DNA of 64,000 nucleotides from Pocillopora damicornis (Eukaryota): NCBI RefSeq assembly GCF_003704095.1, contig NW_020845867.1, positions 682,001 to 746,000 of the forward strand, read 5' to 3'. Shown piece by piece: positions 58,976 to 64,000 of this stretch (position 1 is its first letter; each line of letters starts with the position of its first letter). The notes under the pieces were generated by a model. It saw only the letters and a program-made list of their open reading frames with translations, ran no database searches and was not told where the DNA came from. The position numbers and the translations under genes were made by a program.

Positions 58976-60504
58976 TTACTTTTCAACGGTGCTGCAGAGA
59001 AAAAGAAAAACATCCACTTGCGTTATTTGCTATACTCGTATTTTTGCGAAAGATCTCGACTCCTTACCCCGTTATCAATATGTCAATGTTTGTAACATCC
59101 TTTCACGGATCTACGATATGTTTAATATCATGCAAAAGGAGTATAATGAATAATATGTATACACACGTTTTCAAAAACGTTGCAATTTGAAAATATACAT
59201 GAAATGCATGTCTTTTGTTTTCTCATTAAAGAGAGACACTTTTTGATCACGGATCACTGACCAACTGATCAACTAAGATTCCCTTTATAGGCTGGTCGTT
59301 CAATAGATATACTTATATATATATATATATAAGTTTAACTTCCTTGTTCTTCATCTAAGGGGTGATTTAGAGTTAACAACTGAGTTGAAAACTTAAATTG
59401 GCCACTGTAAAGAGTTCAAAGGCTGACGTTTCGAGCTTTAGCCCTTCGTCAGAGCGAAAAGTTTTATACTCTCCCACCGACGTAGCACCACAGTTTCTTT
59501 TGAAACGTACCCCCTTTATCCTTAATTTAAAGAAGTTGTGCTATTCATACGTAATGCTGTGATACTGTGGGATGATAAAACCACTGAGAAGTATAGTTGG
59601 GAAAGTGAGGCTTGAAACTTCGTAAAAGTTTCATGGTTTGGATTTCGCAAGAAAAAAATTGCAAGTAAAACGTAGTAACATCAGTGGGTTGGTTAATGAT
59701 GTATTTTGACGAGATACAAAAAATCTTCCTGATAGTCACATTTTCAATCAGGTCTTTTTGTATGCAGTTTGGCTTAAATTGAATAATACCGATTGCGTGG
59801 CCATCGTTTTCAGTATTTTTTTCTTACCAACTGCCGTAGCGCGTGTGACACATACAGCACTTCAGGCCATTACACATCGCCACGTTTGCTGGTATAGTGA
59901 TCGACAGCTCTCCTGTCTTACATTTAGATCGACATTTTCTGGAGTAGGCGCCTTCCATTTCAGCGCCGCTGCCACAGTCGGCTTGAGAAAGAAGATTACA
60001 AAACAAGTTTCAGAATACTTATCAGCGATAAACTCCACAATGTAGTACGTTGTACTTACCAACTACAAAAGAAAAGATCTAAAAAGACACAGGTTTGAAT
60101 TGCAGTTTGAAGACCTTCTTGTCTACAAGTTCGATTGGGACAAACTTGGGGAATGTTTGTTATTATTAAACTAAGATATCGTTCTGTCAACTTGTACGGA
60201 AAAATTTGATTCAACACATCATGCAGCTGTTGGTTCCTTTTGATAGGACGAGAGTATTCATGCATGCTGGGTAATGAAAGAAAGAAAGAATCCATGTGTA
60301 TACAAAAACTGGTACCATGCACATCATTGTGTTTTAAAACTAACGAAGTTTGGGAGTGCAGAGCTACTTACTTGCTCGTTTGCGTAAACTGCTGTATGTG
60401 CCGTCATCTAGGGAAAATTCATCTTCCCTGTGTATATGTTTGGCCATAACACAAGCTACTTGGACAATGACAATAGCCAGGAGAATCTTCTCAATGCAAG
60501 TCAT
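58976..60504 (-). CDS. Secreted cysteine-rich prepropeptide (8 Cys; toxin/AMP-like), 100-101 aa
   Basis: Exons 60504-60372, [60062-60060], 59981-59828, 58991-58976. MTCIEKILLAIVIVQVACVMA (signal) - KHIHREDEFSLDDGTYSSLRKR (acidic pro-region, dibasic site) - AIADCGSGAEMEGAYSRKCRSKCKTGELSITIPANVAMCNGLKCCMCHTRYGSCTVEK*. GTAAGT/GTAAGA donors, two AATAAA about 100 nt past the stop, and a 5'UTR acceptor at ~60513. Confidence 0.78.
59420..59456 (-). ncRNA. Minimal type I hammerhead ribozyme motif in a Penelope-derived repeat (59360-59515)
   Basis: GCU-CUGACGA-A-GGGC-UAAA-GCUC-GAAAC-GUC^-AGC: intact CUGAnGA and GAAA core, GUC cleavage triplet, palindromic ACGU helix III. Confidence 0.75.
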
Positions 60505-60971
60505 GTTGATCGCTGAAATGCCAAAACAAAAAAGTTCAATTGAGATGCAAAAAAAAAAAAAAAAATCACATAATGTGCGAAATCGGAGGACGTCAGTCTT
60601 TACTTTTTCTCTTCTTCTTCTTTGAGAATAAAAACTAATTGAAGTGTCAATCCAAGCGCGCTTAATTTCAAGTCTTGCACCTCTTAGTTATCACTCCAGC
60701 AGCACGCTGCAAACGATATAAGAAACTGACATTGCAGTACTTGGTATCGCTACGTTAGTTCTGTTATTTAAAGGTACGAATAACGTAATTAACGCCTCTA
60801 CCGGCGAGTAGTAATTTGCGTAAACTGATAATCATGTGATCAAACGGGACTCTCTTAAAGGCTTATGCACAAACCTGCTTGTTCTTGCTTTCAAAGCTTC
60901 CCTTTAAAATTTTAAAACCAGAATAACTGCCGTAACCTGGAAAGGGAATTGGAAATATACAACACAGCACG

Positions 60972-60991
60972 CTTATATATGCATTATATAA
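60972..60991 (-). promoter_or_regulatory. Candidate TATA boxes of the Cys-rich peptide gene
   Basis: Two TATATAA motifs on the minus strand about 35-55 nt upstream of a CAG|GTTACG donor at ~60936, which could join the acceptor just before the ATG. Confidence 0.35.
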
Positions 60992-61469
60992 TCATTATGA
61001 TCAGTTTGTTGAAGCAATCTCTCCGCGCTCTAGAAATGCGAAACAGACATTTCATCGGGAGAGAGCGTTTGTAGAGCGAGCTGATATATTTGTGCATTGA
61101 GGTTCTCTTTTTAAAACTTAAAACAATTTTAGAGGTCACCCGGCCGGATTAAACCCAAGTTGCTCCATTTCACCGCCAACTGATGGACAAATTGTAGCCA
61201 ATATTGATAATGTACTCTCATTACGGAAAAAAGGCAAATACTTGCTCAACGCATGTTTAGCCGACTTGAAAAGTAGTTGTTTCTCGGTGTGTTTACGGTC
61301 ATTTTTAATTGAGACAAAAAAACAAAAAAAACAAAAACAAAAAAAAAACACTCCACCTACGGAAGGGCCAACAGAAAAACTCTATTGTTACAATAGTTGA
61401 TAAAATTATTCTGCCGATCGCCCACCAATTAACAGAGGTCATATCTCAAAGATACAAAAGACTTCATCA

Positions 61470-61800
61470 ACTTCATAAAAAAAACAAAGCTTCCAAAATA
61501 AGTGATACTCGTCTCAATGGCCGTTATGAGCTTATACAGAAATATACCCTATTTGAAGGACATCAACGGGCCCTCCTCCAACAGGGAAAAATAAAAAAAA
61601 ATCGAATCTTTCCCTTTGTAAGAACACAATACTATCCAACAGTTCTAAACCCTAAAGAAATCCCTATGGGCGAGTGGCATTGAGCATAGCAACAACCATT
61701 GTTTAGAGAAATCTTCAAAGAACCGCCGTTAATATCCTACAGAAAGGGGCGTTTACTCAGACATACTTGTGAGAGCAAAATAATAATGAAGGCAAGAAAA
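61470..61800 (+). mobile_element. Degenerate Penelope-like element fragment (post-RT region)
   Basis: RIFPFVRTQYYPTVLNPKEIPMGEWH*..QQPLFREIFKEPPLISYRKG resembles the PLE linker consensus (LPFV.TYHP....I....W........L..IF..PP..SYRR). Confidence 0.65.
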
Positions 61801-62789
61801 CCGGACAGACTGTGGGTCGTGTAAACACTTGTAACTAATGCAAAGAAAATTGGACGTACCACGGAGTCTTTCAGACGTGTCAACCCAATTTTTTCACGGG
61901 ATATAGGCTAAATCAGATAATACTTTCTAATGTCTCGGTGATGTCGGGTGACGCGTAACTTTAGCTAAATTCTGATCCAGCTTATACTTGTCCTATCTCT
62001 TAGCCCGCCTTCGAAACGGAGCATATCCAGATCTTGCCTTCCTATTTTTTCCCGCATCTCGCTGAGCCTATGTTGGACCCGCTTAAGACTCTCTTAAAAT
62101 TTTCAAAGCCAACCTCTGGCACTGAGTCTCCGAGGAGAAAGCTGGAACACTGAGCTACGTAAGGGAACTCAAAGGTTGAGATCACTCGTGCAACTTTTTG
62201 CATTCGGTGGTATGCGAAAAGAAAAAAAAAGAGAAAGAAAAAAAGTGGCATGGAAAAACTGTTTGGGCCGAATGCAAAACGAGTTACTGATTGCACTTAT
62301 GTCGGTGCTTTTCAAAGTGGACCTGGTTAACATGCAATGAACTCACCTCTCAGGAGCTGTGGACTGAAGAGTCTTGAGCAACTGAAATGATCAAACTACG
62401 TGCCAACTCGTTTTATTATCAATTATTGACTCATTAGTTATGCGTCAAGAAACAAATACTTCATTACTACCATTCATTTAGGTCTCGGCTTTTTTTCCCA
62501 ATGGACTATCGGAGAAAGTGTTTGAACCTTTTATCTATATGGTTGGTATTAAAATGAATAGTTTCTACGTTTCTGCTTAAATTGCCACTAACTGCGTGAG
62601 TCTTTTTTGGTTAAGGAATTTTTGTAGCGGAGAGGGCTTACACTATCTTCACCCTGAAATCTGATTCATATTCCTTTCTACAGTTTTCCTAAACTTGTAA
62701 ATACCTATAACTCTTGGCATATCCGACGGTCATTTGGAGAACAATGGGGAAGGTTTTCTGCTGAGAGACGCGATGCGTTTCGAGGTATT

Positions 62790-63950
62790 TCAATGCGAAG
62801 GCTTTTTCCCAAAGATTAAAGAGGATTATGTTTTGCTTTAATTAGTTTTCTATGACGCCACCAAAAGCATTTACATCGGTGCTGGTTTTTACAACACCTG
62901 AGGAATGAGAACAAACAACATAGTCCGAGAAATTTATATAAGAAATAGCGGAAAAAACTCTAGTGGTAGAGCTCGGTATCTCAATTTCTCAATTAGTTGG
63001 TTCTTTTACAAACGAGAACTGCGTCACTTTTCAGGAGCCTCTTTTATAATTAGGTGCCGACTATTTATGTTGAATAGATATCAAAGATTTTTTAGCTTTT
63101 GTCTGAGTGAATCTCACTTTTCTTCTTTGAATTCCTTTGCAGAAGAATACCGTCTGCAATATTCAAGTGTTAATCCATATATTGTTGAAGAACCTTTGCG
63201 ATTAGTGCTGCTAGAACCTGCACGTAGGCATATCAATTTTATGTCGATCCTTTTTTTAACAAAGTTTCTCAAAATTTTTTTTTTTCAAATGAACAAATAA
63301 GTTTACCTTTAACGAGTTTGTCATGGCTGTGCATCCAGTTCTTGGGTAAAGAAAACAACGGCACAAACATTAGAAAACGGCTTTGTTTTACGAAAACATA
63401 GAGGATTACACTTTGTTTTGATTAGTCCTCTACAACGCGACTGAAAAGTTCCAATCGGTGCCGGTTTTTACAAAAATTGAGGGATGAGAATAAACAACAT
63501 ACTCCGAGAAACATTAAAAAATAACTAAAAACCTAGCGGGTCAGTAAGGCTTGGTTCTTCGGCTGGTTATTTTACAAAACGAGAACTGTGGGATTTTTCA
63601 GGAGCAATTAGGTGCATTCCTTTATGTTGAATGCGAAGGCTTTTTCCCAAAGATTGAAGAGGATTATGTTTTGTTTTAATTAGTTTTCTATGACGCGACC
63701 AAAAGTATTTAGATCGGTGCTGGTTTTTACAACAAGTGAGGAATGAGAACAAACAACATACTCTGAGAAATTCAGTAAATCAGAAATAGCGAAAAAACTC
63801 GAGTGGTAGAGCTCGGTATCCCAATCTCTAATTAATTCTTTTGCAAAACGAGATCTGCGTCACTTTTCAGGAGCCTCTTTTATAATAAGGTGCCGACTAT
63901 TTTATGTTGAATAGATATGAAAGATTTTTCAGCCTTTGTCTGAGTGATTC
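62790..63950 (+). repeat. Local direct repeat: two ~320-bp copies and one partial copy
   Basis: 62790-63110 matches 63628-63950 (aatgcgaaggctttttcccaaagatt...tttgtctgagtga); a diverged partial copy lies at 63455-63630. Confidence 0.85.
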
Positions 63951-64000
63951 TCTCTCGAGATCCTTTTCAAATGAATGGCGTGCATATGATTTGTTATTTG

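Noticed and set aside
62905-63300. 131-aa ORF in the terminal repeat
   Set aside because: The frame is not preserved in the second repeat copy and there are no protein motifs.
1-64000. CRISPR arrays, operons, prokaryotic defence systems, or bacterial contamination explaining the GLIC-like channel
   Set aside because: The window is eukaryotic throughout, with spliceosomal introns and shared MITE families inside the channel gene, and has no regularly spaced repeat-spacer array.

Overview
AT-rich, intron-rich animal genomic DNA with four scaffold gaps. Gene and repeat content suggest a cnidarian, probably a stony coral (inference). Most exons are too short for the ORF track, so genes were assembled by hand from splice sites and intron phase. 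In order: a tandem UDP-glycosyltransferase cluster (-, partial); EPSTI1-like (+, GC-AG first intron); selenoprotein T (-, in-frame TGA in CYSU plus a clear SECIS); SAP130 (+); a 13-exon Cys-less, GLIC/ELIC-like pentameric ligand-gated ion channel with an N-terminal Cys-rich domain and an extra TM helix (-); NCBP2 (+, U12 intron); NUFIP1 (-, dead duplicate of the last exon); B3GALT6 (+); Maelstrom (+, GRG and AWQQP tail); and a small secreted 8-Cys prepropeptide gene (-) with a candidate 3-nt microexon and an intronic minimal hammerhead ribozyme. Repeats include many TTAA-flanked piggyBac-type MITEs, hairpin MITEs, tRNA-derived SINEs, Penelope-like fragments and an RTE LINE fragment. The best novelty candidates are the Cys-less channel and the 8-Cys peptide. 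All family assignments come from recognised motifs, not database searches.
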